From assembly GCA_963757335.1 (NCBI GenBank), contig CAVWRJ010000001.1, forward strand, positions 6,917 to 70,916: a stretch of DNA of 64,000 nucleotides, in the 5' to 3' direction. Numbering within the stretch: position 1 is the stretch's first letter; every line of letters begins with the position of its first letter. The DNA is from an uncultured Acidobacteriota bacterium. GTDB lineage: Bacteria > Acidobacteriota > Thermoanaerobaculia > Multivoradales > UBA5704. Below the pieces are notes generated by a model, which made no database searches, was not told the origin of the DNA, and worked only from the letters and a program-made list of their open reading frames with translations. Of the stretch, positions 24,116-34,684 are shown in pieces. A program made the position numbers and the translations under genes.

Positions 24116-26348
24116 ATGGCCGGCATCGCGGGCATGGCCGGCTGCCGGGGAGAGGCGCCGGGGGGAGGGACGGCGAGCGGGCCGCAGAACCTCCTCCTGG
24201 TCACCCTCGACACGGTGCGCGCCGACCACCTGGGCTCCTACGGATATGCCGGCGCTGAGACCCCGTCGCTCGACCGGCTGGCCGGCGAGGGGGTGCGCTT
24301 CGCCGCCGCCTCCTCGCCCGTGCCGCTCACCCTCCCCGCCCATTCGAGCCTGCTCTCCGGCTTCCTGCCGCCCCACCACGGCTTGCGCAACAACGGGGCC
24401 GGCAGCTTCCCGGCCGACCTCCCCACCCTGTCGACCCGGCTCGCCGCCGCCGGCTATCGGACCGGCGCCTTCGTCGGCTCCTTCGTGCTCGACCACCGCT
24501 TCGGGCTCGCCCGCGGCTTTGAGGTCTACGACGACGAGATGGAGCGCGACGCCGCTGGCGGCCGCGGCCTCGACGCCGAGCGGCGGGGGGACCAGGTGGT
24601 CGACCGCGCCCTCGCCTGGCTCCAGACGGCGAGCGCGAGGGAAAAGCCGGAGACCCCCGGGCGACCGTTCTTCCTCTGGGTCCACCTCTACGACGCCCAC
24701 GCCCCCTACACCCCGCCGGAGCCCTACGCCGGCCGGCACCCCGGGAAGCCCTACGACGGGGAGATCGCCTTCGCCGACGCCCAGGTCGGCCGGCTGCTCG
24801 CCGAGCTCGACCGTCTGCACCTCGCGGCGGGCACGGTGGTGGCGGTGGCGGCCGACCACGGCGAGGCGCTCGGCGAGCACGGCGAGCTGACCCATGGCCT
24901 TCTGCTCTACGAACCGACCCTCCACGTGCCGCTCCTCCTCCGCGCCCCCGGGCTGCCGGCGGGGAAAGTCATCGCCACCCCGGTCTCGCTCGTCGACCTC
25001 GCCCCGACCCTCGCCGGCCTCCTCGGCAAGCCGCTCGGCGAGCCAGCCCACCCCGGCCAACACCCCGGCCAGCATCCCGGCCAGCCCCTCGACGGGCGCG
25101 ATCTCTCGGCGGCTCTCAGGCGCGGCGAGGAGCCGCCGGCGGGCGATCTCTATGCCGAGACCCACTACCCGGCGATCTTCGGCTGGAGCCCGCTCGCCGC
25201 TCTCCGCCACCGCGACCTGAAAGTACATCTCGGCGCCACGGCCGGAGCTCTACGACCTCGGGCGCGATCCGCGGGAGGGGGACAATCTGGCGGCGCGGCA
25301 GGGCCGGGCGGCCCAGCCCCAGGCGCAGATCCCGGCCTTCGCCGAGCGCCTGGCGAGCGTCACCCGCTCCGCTCGCCCCACCGCAGAAGCCCCGGCGCTC
25401 GACGCCGAATCCCGCGCCCGGCTGGAGAGTCTGGGGTATGCCGGCGGTACGGCCGGCAGTGCGGCCGGCGGGAAGGCCGCCGCCGCCAATACCACCAATG
25501 CCGTCAACGCCGCCGACCCCAAGGACCGGGTGGCCCTCTTCCGCCGCTATGAGGAGGCCAATAGCGATCTCCGCGACGCCCGCCGCGGTGGGGCCGCGGC
25601 CCTGCCGATCCTCGCCGAGATCGTCGCGGCGGATCCCGGGAACCCGGTCTTCCGCGGCAAGCTCGCCCAGGTCTACCGCGAGCGCGGCGAGCTCGCCCGG
25701 GCGATCCCCCTCTACCGGCAGGCGGTGGCGAGCGCCCCGGGGGACTCCGAGGCCTGGTACAACCTGGGGGTGACCCTGGAGGAGGCCGGCCAGGCAGCGG
25801 AGGCGGCGCGGGTCCTCACCCGCGCCTTGACCCTCGACCCGGCGCGCCCCGAGGAGCACAACTCGCTGGGCATCGCCCTCCTCGCCCAGGGCCAGACGGC
25901 GGGAGCGGAGCGGGAGTTCCAGCAGGCGATCGCCCTCGATCCAGGGGACGCCCGCGCCTACAACAACCTGGGGAACGTCCGCCGCGCCACCGGCCGGCCG
26001 GATGCCGCCCTGGAAGCCTACCGCCAGGCGACGACGCTCGCCCCCCGCTACGCCGAGGCCTGGAACGGCCTGGGGACGGTGGAGGTCGACCGCAACCGGC
26101 CGACGGACGCCCTGGCCGACTTCGACCGCGCCTTGACCCTCGCTCCCGGCTATCACGAGGTGCGCCTCAACCGGGCCATCGCCTACGAGATGGCCGGGGA
26201 CACCCGGGCCGCCCGCGCGGCCTACCGAGAATTCCTGGCAGCGGCTGGGAAAGACCCGCAGTACGAGACCCAGCGCCGCGCCGCAGAACAGCTTCTCGCC
26301 CGCCTTTCCGATCGCGAAGCGGGCTCGACCCCGGCAGAGAGGAGGTGA
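24116..26348 (+). CDS. Sulfatase-like hydrolase/transferase fused to a C-terminal TPR domain; frameshift near 25221; start uncertain
   Basis: LLLVTLDTVRADHLGSYGY...PLTLPAHSSLLSG...AADHGEALGEHGELTHG are sulfatase motifs in ORF 24116. After RDLK the frame must shift (aaag at 25220-25223) to give YISAPRPELYDLGRDPREGDNL.... This is open and continuous with ORF 25530..26348, which carries TPR repeats such as AWYNLGVTLEEAGQ, EEHNSLGIALLAQGQ and ARAYNNLGNVRRATG. A signal-like RRLRALVLGASFAG is in a different frame upstream. Confidence 0.75.
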
Positions 26349-26446
26349 GCATCACCCGATACGTTTCGCCCGGCTTCGCGAGCTGATTTCATCTTCTTTT
26401 TTCATTGCCATTTTGTAGAGGATCTAACGACAAGGAGATCGACCTT

Positions 26447-29380
26447 ATGAAGCTGATCAGAAAACCCGCGAAGAGGCCCGCCGTTTGGATGGCGGCGATG
26501 GCCCTTCTGGTAGCGCTCGGCCTGACCGCTCTGCCTTCCGCGGTCTACGCCCAGTCGGCGACCGGCTCGGCCCTGGTGGGCCGAGTGTTGGACAACAAGG
26601 GGGAGGCGCTCCCCGGCGTCACCGTCAGCGTCACCGAGACGGCAACCGGTTTCAACCGGACGACGGTGACGGCGTCCGACGGTGCCTTCCGGCTGCCTGC
26701 CCTGCAGGTCGGCAGCTACAACGTGAGCGCCGAGCTCGCCGGCTTCGCCACCGTCAACGTCGAGGCGGTGCAGCTGACGGTCGCCACCGAGCGCAAGCTC
26801 GAGATCACCATGAACCCGAGCAAGTTGGAGGAGTCGATCACGGTCGTCGACGAGGCGCCGCTGGTCGCGACCTCGCCTTCGATCGGGGCCACGGTCTCCC
26901 AGAACGAGCTCGAGAACCTGCCCTTGAACGGCCGCCAGTTCGCCAACCTGGCGACCCTCGCCCCGGGCACCACCCTGGGCGTCAACAGCGACCCCACCAA
27001 GCCTGGCCAGCAGGTCGTGCAGTTGAACGGCGGCACCGGCCGGAACGTCAACTACCTGATCGACGGCGGCGACAACACCGACGACACGATCGGCGGCGCC
27101 CTCCAGAACTTCAACCTGGAGAGCGTCAAGGAGTTCAAGATCCAGACCATGCAGTACAAGGCGGAGTACGGCCGTTCCTCGGGCGGCGTGCTCTCGGTCG
27201 TCACCAAGACCGGCACCAACGCCTTCGAGGGGAGCGTCTACGGCTTCCGCCGCGACAAGAGCCTCAACACGGAGACCGAGACCGAGCGGCTGGCCGGCAG
27301 CGGCAAGCAGCCGTTCAAGCGCGACCAGTACGGCGCCGCCTTCGGTGGCCCGATCGTCAAGGACACGGCGCACTTCTTCGCCACCTGGGAGAAGACCAAG
27401 CGCGACACCTCCTACACCGTCAACTCCCCCGTCCTGCCGAGCAACGGCAGCTCGGTCCCGGTCCCCTTCACCGACGAGCTGGGCACCGCCAAGGTGAGCT
27501 GGGACATCTCCTCCAAGCAGTACCTCCAGGTCCGTTACGGCTATCAGAAGAACGCCGACAAGTATGGCGCCTCGCCGCTCACCGACCCGACCGCGCTCGG
27601 CACGATCGCCAACGACTACAAGTCGATCCTCGCCGGGCACACCGTGCAGCTCGGCGCCGAGGCCCTGAACGAGGCCCTCTTCCAGTACACCCATTTCGTC
27701 AACACGATCAGCGCCGACTCCAACCTGCCGGCCCTCGTCTTCCCCAACGGCTCGCTCTTCGGGCAGAGCGGCAACACGCCGCAGTCGACCGAGCAGAAGA
27801 AGTACCAGTACCGGGACGACTTCAGCTGGTCGACGACGATCGGCGACAAGCGCCACGACTTCAAAGTGGGCGCCAACTACATCAACGAGCCGCTCCTCCG
27901 GGGTGACTTCTCGATCGGCAAGGCGGGCACCTACACCCTCCTCAACAACTCGCTCACCTCGCCGGTCACCGACATCACGATCTTCGGCGGCTTCTCGGGC
28001 TCGTCGACGCCGATCAAGCAGTACAGCGTCTACGGCCAGGACGACTGGTTCGTCTCCAACAACCTGACGATCAACGTCGGCCTGCGCTACGACTACTGGG
28101 CCGGCTTCGACCTCGATCAGCGCAACAACCCGATCTGGCGGGAGCTCTCCACCCAGACCCAGTACAACGAGGCCTACCTGCGCGAGTTCCAGGGTGGCAA
28201 GGGCGGGGTGCTCCCGAACGACAAGAACAACATCGCCCCCCGGCTCGGCTTCACCTGGGACGCCAAGGGCGACGGCAAGCACCTCCTCCATGGCGGCTGG
28301 GGACGGTACTACGACTTCCCCTACACCAACGCCACGATCCTCTTCCCGGCCTCGGCCGTGCAGTCCAACTACGGAGTCGTCTTCAACGCCGCCGACCCCA
28401 AGGGCATCAAGAACCCGGACGGCTCCTTCTTCCACCCCGGCCAGCCGCTGCCGCCCAACGGCCTTAAGAACCCCGGGGTCACGCCGCCCAACGAGGTCGC
28501 CTCGCCGAACCTGGCGACGCCGCGCTCGGACCAGGCCTCCCTGGGCTACTCCTTCGAGGTCAACAACTGGCTCGGCTTCAACCTCGAGGGCGTCGACATC
28601 CGCTATAACGACATCCCGTACCGCTTTAGGGCCAACCCCCTGATCCCCGGTACCACCACCCGCCGCTTCTCGGATTTCGGCAACTTCCGGATCTGGGCCG
28701 GCAACGGCTTTGCGAAGTACGACGGCTTCAACGTCGGCGTCCATGCCCGCCTCACCAACTTCGAGCTGCAGGGCTTCTACACCCTGTCGAAGACCACCGG
28801 TAACGTCCTCGCCGGGGTCGACGAGTTCCGGCTCACCAACGCCGGCTACCAGGCCGACCTCGTCGGCGCCAGCCGCCGCGATGCCTCGGTCAACCCCCTC
28901 AACCCCCAGTGCGGCGCCTGCACGGGTCCGCTCGAGACCGACGCCCGCCACCGGGTGACCCTCGCCGGCTCCTACCGGGCGCCCTACGGGTTCAGCGTCT
29001 CGGGCATCTTCCGCTATCACTCGGCGACCCCCTACACCGTCCTCGCCGGCAAGGATCTGAACGGCGACGGCTTCGCCAACGACCTGGCGCCCGGCGTCTC
29101 GCACGTCGACTCCGCCTACTTCGGCTCCTTCGAGCAGTTCGACCTGCGCCTCAGCAAGGAGTTCAAGTTCGGCGGCAACTACGCGGTAGAGATCATCGGC
29201 GAGGTGTTCAACCTCTTCAACGCCAAGAACGCCGTCAAGTACCGCGGCACCGAGTTCCTCTACGACGCCAACGGCAACGCCACTCCCAACCCTGCCTTCG
29301 GCAAGCCGACGGCCTTCGCCGGCGACCCGCTCCAGGGCGAGCAGCGCCTGGCCCAGCTCGGCCTGCGCTTCCGCTTCTAG
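26447..29380 (+). CDS. TonB-dependent receptor with N-terminal carboxypeptidase-regulatory-like domain
   Basis: ATG 26447 follows an AAGGAG RBS. There is a signal peptide ending AVYAQS. GRVLDNKGEALPGVTVSVTETATGFNRTTVTASDGAFRLPALQVGSYNV is the CarboxypepD_reg-like part. This is followed by a plug (NELENLPLNGRQFANL) and a long beta-barrel ending LRFRF. Confidence 0.85.
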   Translation: MKLIRKPAKRPAVWMAAMALLVALGLTALPSAVYAQSATGSALVGRVLDNKGEALPGVTVSVTETATGFNRTTVTASDGAFRLPALQVGSYNVSAELAGFATVNVEAVQLTVATERKLEITMNPSKLEESITVVDEAPLVATSPSIGATVSQNELENLPLNGRQFANLATLAPGTTLGVNSDPTKPGQQVVQLNGGTGRNVNYLIDGGDNTDDTIGGALQNFNLESVKEFKIQTMQYKAEYGRSSGGVLSVVTKTGTNAFEGSVYGFRRDKSLNTETETERLAGSGKQPFKRDQYGAAFGGPIVKDTAHFFATWEKTKRDTSYTVNSPVLPSNGSSVPVPFTDELGTAKVSWDISSKQYLQVRYGYQKNADKYGASPLTDPTALGTIANDYKSILAGHTVQLGAEALNEALFQYTHFVNTISADSNLPALVFPNGSLFGQSGNTPQSTEQKKYQYRDDFSWSTTIGDKRHDFKVGANYINEPLLRGDFSIGKAGTYTLLNNSLTSPVTDITIFGGFSGSSTPIKQYSVYGQDDWFVSNNLTINVGLRYDYWAGFDLDQRNNPIWRELSTQTQYNEAYLREFQGGKGGVLPNDKNNIAPRLGFTWDAKGDGKHLLHGGWGRYYDFPYTNATILFPASAVQSNYGVVFNAADPKGIKNPDGSFFHPGQPLPPNGLKNPGVTPPNEVASPNLATPRSDQASLGYSFEVNNWLGFNLEGVDIRYNDIPYRFRANPLIPGTTTRRFSDFGNFRIWAGNGFAKYDGFNVGVHARLTNFELQGFYTLSKTTGNVLAGVDEFRLTNAGYQADLVGASRRDASVNPLNPQCGACTGPLETDARHRVTLAGSYRAPYGFSVSGIFRYHSATPYTVLAGKDLNGDGFANDLAPGVSHVDSAYFGSFEQFDLRLSKEFKFGGNYAVEIIGEVFNLFNAKNAVKYRGTEFLYDANGNATPNPAFGKPTAFAGDPLQGEQRLAQLGLRFRF

Positions 29381-29401
29381 CGTCAAGCAAGGCTGCACGT
29401 C

Positions 29402-29439
29402 AAAAGGCGGGGGCGCGTAAGGCGCCCCCGCTTTTTTTT
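29402..29439. terminator. Bidirectional rho-independent terminator between convergent genes
   Basis: A 10-bp GC stem, GCGGGGGCGC / GCGCCCCCGC, has a 5-nt loop. It is flanked by AAAA (29402-29405) and T8 (29432-29439). Confidence 0.75.
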
Positions 29440-29441
29440 CT

Positions 29442-30599
29442 CTACTGCTTCTCTGGTGCCGGGTCGGGCGCCAGGAGCACCCGCTTGCCCGCCCGGCGGA
29501 GGAGGAGGGCGAGGAAGAGGAGGACCGCCGTGTTGCGGAGGATCGGCGGCGAAGTCTTTTCCGTCGGTTCCTCTCGCCGGCTCGCGCTCCGCTGGCCGCG
29601 ACCGGCCGCCTGGCGTCTCGCCGGAACCGGGGTGCCAGAGTCGACCCTGCGGTCCTCTTCCTTCGCCTCCGCGACCTTCGCGACCTGGTCGAAATGGTCC
29701 CCCTCCTCCTCGCTCACCTTGACCTGCTTGACCCGCACCGCGTGCCGGTCCGGCTGGATCTCCTGTCCGTAGCGCTTGGCATAGACCTGGGTGAACTCGG
29801 CGCCCAGGAAGAGGATCTGCGACGAGTAGTAGACCCAGAGGAGGATGACGACGAGCGAGCCTGCCGCGCCATAGGCCGAGGCCACGCTGCTCTTCCCGAG
29901 ATAGAGCCCGATCAGCGACTTGCCAAGGGTGAAGAGGAGAGCGGTCGCGGCCGAGCCGACCCAGACGTCCTCCCAGGACACCTTGGCGTCGGGCAGATAG
30001 CGGAAGATCATGGCGAAGAGGAGGGTAATGACGGCCAGGGAGACGACGAAGGAGAGCACGGTGAAGAGGACCTTGAGGCCGGGCACGAGGCCGATCGCGT
30101 AGGTGGAGACGGCCGAGAGGGCGGCCGAGACGATGAGCGAGACCAGGAGCAGGAAGCCGATCCCGAGGACCATCCCGAAAGAGAGGAAGCGCGACTTCAA
30201 GAAGCCCTTGATCCCGCGGTCGGACTTCGGGGCGACCTCCCAGATCTTGTTGAGCGAGGTCTGCAGCTGGCCGAAGACGCCGGAGACGCCGAAGAGGATG
30301 GTGAGGATGCCGATGACGGTGGCGAGAACGCCCGAGCCCGACCGCCAGTTGTGGGCGAGCATGGTCTGCACCGCCTCCGCCCCCTGCTTGCCGACCATTC
30401 CCTGGATCTCGCCCACCAGCCGGCCCTCTACGGCGTCGCGGCCGTAGACCAGCCCGGCGACCGAGATGGCGATCAAGAGGAGGGGGGCCAGCGAGAAGAC
30501 GGTGTAGTACGCGAGCGCCGCCCCGAGGGAGAAGACGTCGTCGTCCAACCCCTTCGTGGCAGTCTCCTTGAGCAGCGGCCAGCCGGCCTTGAGATCCAT
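29442..30599 (-). CDS. YihY/BrkB family membrane protein with extended basic C-terminal tail
   Basis: LGAALAYYTVFSLAPLLLIAISVAG...FRYLPDAKVSWEDVWVGSAATALLFTLGKSLIGLYL...AGSLVVILLWVYYSSQILFLGAEFTQVY is the canonical YihY pattern. Confidence 0.85.
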   Translation of the reverse strand: MDLKAGWPLLKETATKGLDDDVFSLGAALAYYTVFSLAPLLLIAISVAGLVYGRDAVEGRLVGEIQGMVGKQGAEAVQTMLAHNWRSGSGVLATVIGILTILFGVSGVFGQLQTSLNKIWEVAPKSDRGIKGFLKSRFLSFGMVLGIGFLLLVSLIVSAALSAVSTYAIGLVPGLKVLFTVLSFVVSLAVITLLFAMIFRYLPDAKVSWEDVWVGSAATALLFTLGKSLIGLYLGKSSVASAYGAAGSLVVILLWVYYSSQILFLGAEFTQVYAKRYGQEIQPDRHAVRVKQVKVSEEEGDHFDQVAKVAEAKEEDRRVDSGTPVPARRQAAGRGQRSASRREEPTEKTSPPILRNTAVLLFLALLLRRAGKRVLLAPDPAPEKQ

Positions 30600-30611
30600 G
30601 GCGAGTCCTCC

Positions 30612-32453
30612 TTACGTCGGTGGTCTTTTGAGCTCTACCCGGTCGTCGCCGAAGGCGAACGACCAGCTTTCCGATCCCTGGCTCGCGAGATAGGGCCCGG
30701 CGAGGAGGGGATAGTGCGCGGCATCCACGGGAACGCCGTCGATCGTCGCCCGCTCCCCCGGCACGAAGACGAGCCGCCGGCCGTCGCTCGCCGTGAAGCG
30801 GAGCTCCCCGGCTTCCCCGGCCTTGCCAGGCTCGACGGTCAGCCGGAGCCCCGCCGCGTGCCGGGCGAAGCTCCGGAAGTCGCCGTAGTCCGCCCGCCGC
30901 CCCACCTCCATCGCGATGTCCGACGGCTGCCGTACCGGCACCGCGACCCAGGCGTTGCGGAAGGCGGGATCGCCGGCGTAGTAGGCGGGGAAGCGGTGGG
31001 GGGCCGTCGCCACGTCCCAGCCGCCCGCGGTCACCAGGGCCACGTAGGTGTCGCCGTAGCGGGAGACCAGGGTGTCCCCCGTCCCCACCGGTACCGGCGG
31101 CGACCAGGGGGAGGCGAGAAAGGCGTGGCCGGTCGCCTCGCCGTTCGCTCCCAGGCGGGCAAGGACGACGTTTTTGTCCGCCACCGCGAAGTCCTGCCCG
31201 GCCCAGGTCCGCCAGCGGTAGGAGGTCGGGTTGCGGGTGCGGCTCCAGAGATAGAGAGGGGCGAAATCCGGCCCCTCGGGATAGAGGGTCGCCAGGATCT
31301 CCTGGCCGCCGGAGACCGAGAGCCGCAGGCCGGCGAGCGACTGAGCAGCGCCCAGGATGTAGTCCGGAGTGGCGTAGCTGTAGCGGGCGGCGTCCAAGTC
31401 GCGGCGGGAGGAGAGCTCGATCGAGCGCCGGGCGCGGATCTCATAGGGCGCCTCCTGCCGCCTTGCCGCGAGGAGCTGGCGGACGGGGAGGGGGATACGG
31501 TAAGCCGAGACCGCGAGCATCGTGGCGTCGAGGAAGAAGATCCGCTCCTCCCGGCCGCGCCCGCCCGCCAGCCAGGCCCAGGCCTGCCAGGGGGTGTTCC
31601 TCTCCCCCAGAGCCCAGTGGACGTAGGTGCGGCTCTTCGCCCCGGCCGGAAAGCCGCCCACCTGCTCCTGCGCCCAGGCGCCGAAGAGCACGTTGAGCTG
31701 CCGGCTGGCCGCCTCCCGCACCGCCGCCTGAGGGGCGTGGTCGGCGAGTTGGAGGAGGGCGGTGATCGAGAAGGCGATGTAGCCGGGACTCTCCTGCTCG
31801 TACCAGCCGTCCCGGTCGTGGGCGGCGAGGAAGGCCGCCGCATAGGCCCCCCAGGCGCGCGCCGCGGGCGACTCCGGAGTGCCGGCGACGACCTCCGCCA
31901 CCAGGCTCCGGGCGAGCTTGATCAAGCGCTGGTTCTCGGTCTCCTTGAAGTTCCAGGGGTGAAGGACGGCCTCCTCCCCCGGCGGCGATGCCGACTCGGA
32001 AGCCACGGTGCGCACCCGGGCGAACAGCTCGGCCGGCAGCACCCCGGGGTAGTCGAGGACCATCCGCTGTAAGCCAAGCCGGGCGCCCTCGCATTCGACT
32101 TTGTCCCAGCGCTCGGCGCACCCGGCGAGGGTGGCTTCGGCCCAGCGCGCGGCATCTCCCGCGGTAGCCTCTCCATGCACCGCGAGGGCCGCCGCCGCGA
32201 GAGCTCCGCTTCCATAGCGCGAGGCGGAGGGGCCGTAGCCCGGCTCGGGGTGGCGGAGCTCGCGGACGGCGATCTCCAGGAAGCGGACCCGGCGGGCCTC
32301 GGAGGCTTCCGAGCCCCGGGGGCCCGGCTCGAAACGGGGCGCCGCCTCTCCCCACCGTCCGGACCCTAAGCTCGCGCACCCCGCCGTCGCGGCGAGAGCC
32401 AGGAACAGGAGGGGCCCGGCGAGTTGGGAACGATGACGGTCTTCGGATGGCAT
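30612..32453 (-). CDS. Hypothetical lipoprotein (613 aa)
   Basis: The lipobox-like signal is LLFLALAATAGCAS. The ORF is long with protein-like composition. I recognise no motif. Confidence 0.55.
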   Translation of the reverse strand: MPSEDRHRSQLAGPLLFLALAATAGCASLGSGRWGEAAPRFEPGPRGSEASEARRVRFLEIAVRELRHPEPGYGPSASRYGSGALAAAALAVHGEATAGDAARWAEATLAGCAERWDKVECEGARLGLQRMVLDYPGVLPAELFARVRTVASESASPPGEEAVLHPWNFKETENQRLIKLARSLVAEVVAGTPESPAARAWGAYAAAFLAAHDRDGWYEQESPGYIAFSITALLQLADHAPQAAVREAASRQLNVLFGAWAQEQVGGFPAGAKSRTYVHWALGERNTPWQAWAWLAGGRGREERIFFLDATMLAVSAYRIPLPVRQLLAARRQEAPYEIRARRSIELSSRRDLDAARYSYATPDYILGAAQSLAGLRLSVSGGQEILATLYPEGPDFAPLYLWSRTRNPTSYRWRTWAGQDFAVADKNVVLARLGANGEATGHAFLASPWSPPVPVGTGDTLVSRYGDTYVALVTAGGWDVATAPHRFPAYYAGDPAFRNAWVAVPVRQPSDIAMEVGRRADYGDFRSFARHAAGLRLTVEPGKAGEAGELRFTASDGRRLVFVPGERATIDGVPVDAAHYPLLAGPYLASQGSESWSFAFGDDRVELKRPPT

Positions 32454-32603
32454 CGGCGCGGTGGAGCGATGGAAGCGGGGCGATCTCCGGTCTCCTGGAC
32501 GGCATCCAGACCGGGCTCTTCCAGCCTCGCCCTATGCAGGATCGAGGCCGCGACTCAACCTCTGTAGATGTACGGATGGCCCCAAGCTGTCATACTCCCG
32601 CCC

Positions 32604-33083
32604 ATGCCCGAAGGGTTCCATGTCGATTGGAAGCCGATCCTCGCTCTTTTGGGGATCGTCGCGGTGGTCTCGGTCACTCTGGCGGCCCTCCTCTTCGCGG
32701 CGGTCCACCGCCGGCTGCGGCAGATCCGGGTGCCGGCCGGAGCCGATTTCTTCTCGACCGTCCGCGCTGTCCCCCTGGGGCTGGTGGTGGGGATCGACCT
32801 TCTCGACCTCGGTCTCGAAACCTTCTCGGCGCCCCTCATCTGGTTCATCCTCAACCGTTACAAGCTGCAGGCGCTCCGCAACGTTGCGACCGTGGAGGCC
32901 CTGATCCCCCTCTCCGGCCCCATCCCGACGCTCACCATCGCCTGGTTCGCCGCCCGGCTCTTCAAGCTCGGCCGGCCCTACGATCCGAACATCCTGGAGG
33001 CCGAGCGGGTCGGCCCGAACGAATACGTGGCCCGGCCGCCCCTGCCGCAGAAGTCGCCGAAATCGGATACTGGGTCATTTTGA
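32604..33083 (+). CDS. Hypothetical membrane protein
   Basis: ATG 32604 gives MPEGFHVDWKPILALLGIVAVVSVTLAALLFAAV.... There are two to three hydrophobic segments and no recognisable family. Confidence 0.45.
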   Translation: MPEGFHVDWKPILALLGIVAVVSVTLAALLFAAVHRRLRQIRVPAGADFFSTVRAVPLGLVVGIDLLDLGLETFSAPLIWFILNRYKLQALRNVATVEALIPLSGPIPTLTIAWFAARLFKLGRPYDPNILEAERVGPNEYVARPPLPQKSPKSDTGSF

Positions 33084-33262
33084 ACCTGCGGGCGGTCTCC
33101 TTCGGGCGCTCCGCGCAGCCAGTCGCCCGTCCTCGGATTCAAACGGACCCAGTACCCGAAGTCGCCTTAGGGTCTCCCGGCGGGACCTGTTAGACTAGCC
33201 CTTTGTGCCACGATCTATGTGCACTGGCAACCGACGGAGAGTTGGTAAGGAGCGGTAAGTAG

Positions 33263-33457
33263 ATGGCAGGAAGATCCAACAGTACCTTCGAGAAACGTAA
33301 GAAAGAGTTGGCCCGTAAAGAGAAGCAGAAACAGAAGGCGGAGAAGCGGGAGCAGCGCGAGCGCGAGCGTCTCGAGCGGCCCCCGGGCGCCGAGGGCGAG
33401 GACCCGGACATCGCGGGGATCGTGCCGGGACCGCAACCGCTCCAGGAGGAGATCTAG
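33263..33457 (+). CDS. Small Lys/Arg/Glu-rich hypothetical protein (64 aa)
   Basis: An AAGGAG RBS lies upstream. The sequence is MAGRSNSTFEKRKKELARKEKQKQKAEKREQRERERLERPP.... Confidence 0.45.
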   Translation: MAGRSNSTFEKRKKELARKEKQKQKAEKREQRERERLERPPGAEGEDPDIAGIVPGPQPLQEEI

Positions 33458-33521
33458 AGCAGCAACCGGCGATGCCGGAGAATGCCGGCGGATGTTAGAG
33501 GGTGCCGAGCGGGACGGTGCT

Positions 33522-34445
33522 TCAGGGCTGGGCGGTCTTGACGGGCTCTGCAACCGAGGCGAGGGCGGCGGCCTTCGCCTCGACCAGCGCCTGTCGGGCC
33601 GGAGCCGGCTTGCTGTCCGGACGGGCCGCGCACCGCGACTGCGACGACGCGAACATCGCACCCCTCGAATTGGCATAGGCAAAGACGAAGCTCCCGCCCT
33701 TGACCGCATCGATCACCGGCCGCGCCTCTTCGAGCGGCAGCGCCGGGCAGCCCCAGCTCCGGCCCAGCCGGCCATGCTCGCGAGCGTGCTGGTTGCTGAC
33801 GTACCATGCCCCGTGCATGACGATGTTGCGCTCCTCCGCCTGATCGTTCACCCCGGGATCGAGCCCGCGGAGGCGGAGCGAGTAGCCGTTCCCCCCCTCG
33901 TAGGTGCCCGCGGTCAGGAAGAGGCCGAGGCTCGTCTGCCGGCTGTCCATGGTGTTCGAGAACTGAGTGGCGAAGTTGTCGCCGCTCCCCGCCCCGTGCG
34001 CCACGAGCTCATGGAAGAGCACCTTCCCCCGCTTCAAGTCGAGCACCCAGAGCCGCGGCTCGGTCGACGGCCGGGAATAGTCGATGACGGTCAGCAGGTC
34101 GCGCCGGCCGGAGATACCGCGGGCCCGGGCACAGGCGACGGCGTCGAGCGCCGCCCGGAGGACTTTCGGAGCCAGCCCGGCCGGGCTGCCGCTGAAGGTC
34201 GCCGGTTCCACCGCAGTCTCCTCCGCCGCGGGATCCGCGAAAGCCGGAACGGGCAGGGGGGAGAGCGTGGCGGCCGGAGGGAGAGTCGGGAGGGGAGCGA
34301 TGTCCGCGGCCTGAGAGGTTGGCACCGGAGCTGCAGTAAGCTTGGGCAGATCGGCGCGGTTAACACAGGAGGCCGCGGTGACCAGGGCCAGGAGGGTGGT
34401 GGGGAGCAGGAGTCTTCTGGCCAAGGTGGGCTTACTGTCCGTCAT
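33522..34445 (-). CDS. L,D-transpeptidase catalytic-domain family lipoprotein (YkuD_2-like)
   Basis: There is a lipoprotein signal ending LVTAASC. DYSRPSTEPRLWVLDLKRGKVLFHELVAHGAGSG...TSLGLFLTAGTY...IVMHGAWYV...GRSWGCPAL contains the catalytic Cys context typical of this family. Confidence 0.75.
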   Translation of the reverse strand: MTDSKPTLARRLLLPTTLLALVTAASCVNRADLPKLTAAPVPTSQAADIAPLPTLPPAATLSPLPVPAFADPAAEETAVEPATFSGSPAGLAPKVLRAALDAVACARARGISGRRDLLTVIDYSRPSTEPRLWVLDLKRGKVLFHELVAHGAGSGDNFATQFSNTMDSRQTSLGLFLTAGTYEGGNGYSLRLRGLDPGVNDQAEERNIVMHGAWYVSNQHAREHGRLGRSWGCPALPLEEARPVIDAVKGGSFVFAYANSRGAMFASSQSRCAARPDSKPAPARQALVEAKAAALASVAEPVKTAQP

Positions 34446-34684
34446 CCGCTACGACCTCCAGGATGTCGTTTGATGTCTGTCCTGCCCCCGTAGGGTCAGG
34501 CTCGCCGGGGTGTTTGTCTCTCCAACTCTACAACCCCTCCCCGGGGATCGGAATTCCGATTCAGACGTGTAAGTATGCCACAACTGCGGGCCGTAATGTC
34601 CCAGAGTTCTTCCCCATCTTACAAGCAGGATCCTCATGACGCCCTGAAGAGAGCATCCGCGTCACCCTTCAGAAGGAGATCCTC

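Noticed and set aside
26402-29398. A 998-aa ORF antisense to the TonB-dependent receptor.
   Set aside because: It is an antisense artefact of high G+C. The plus-strand product has a signal peptide, plug and barrel motifs, and an RBS.
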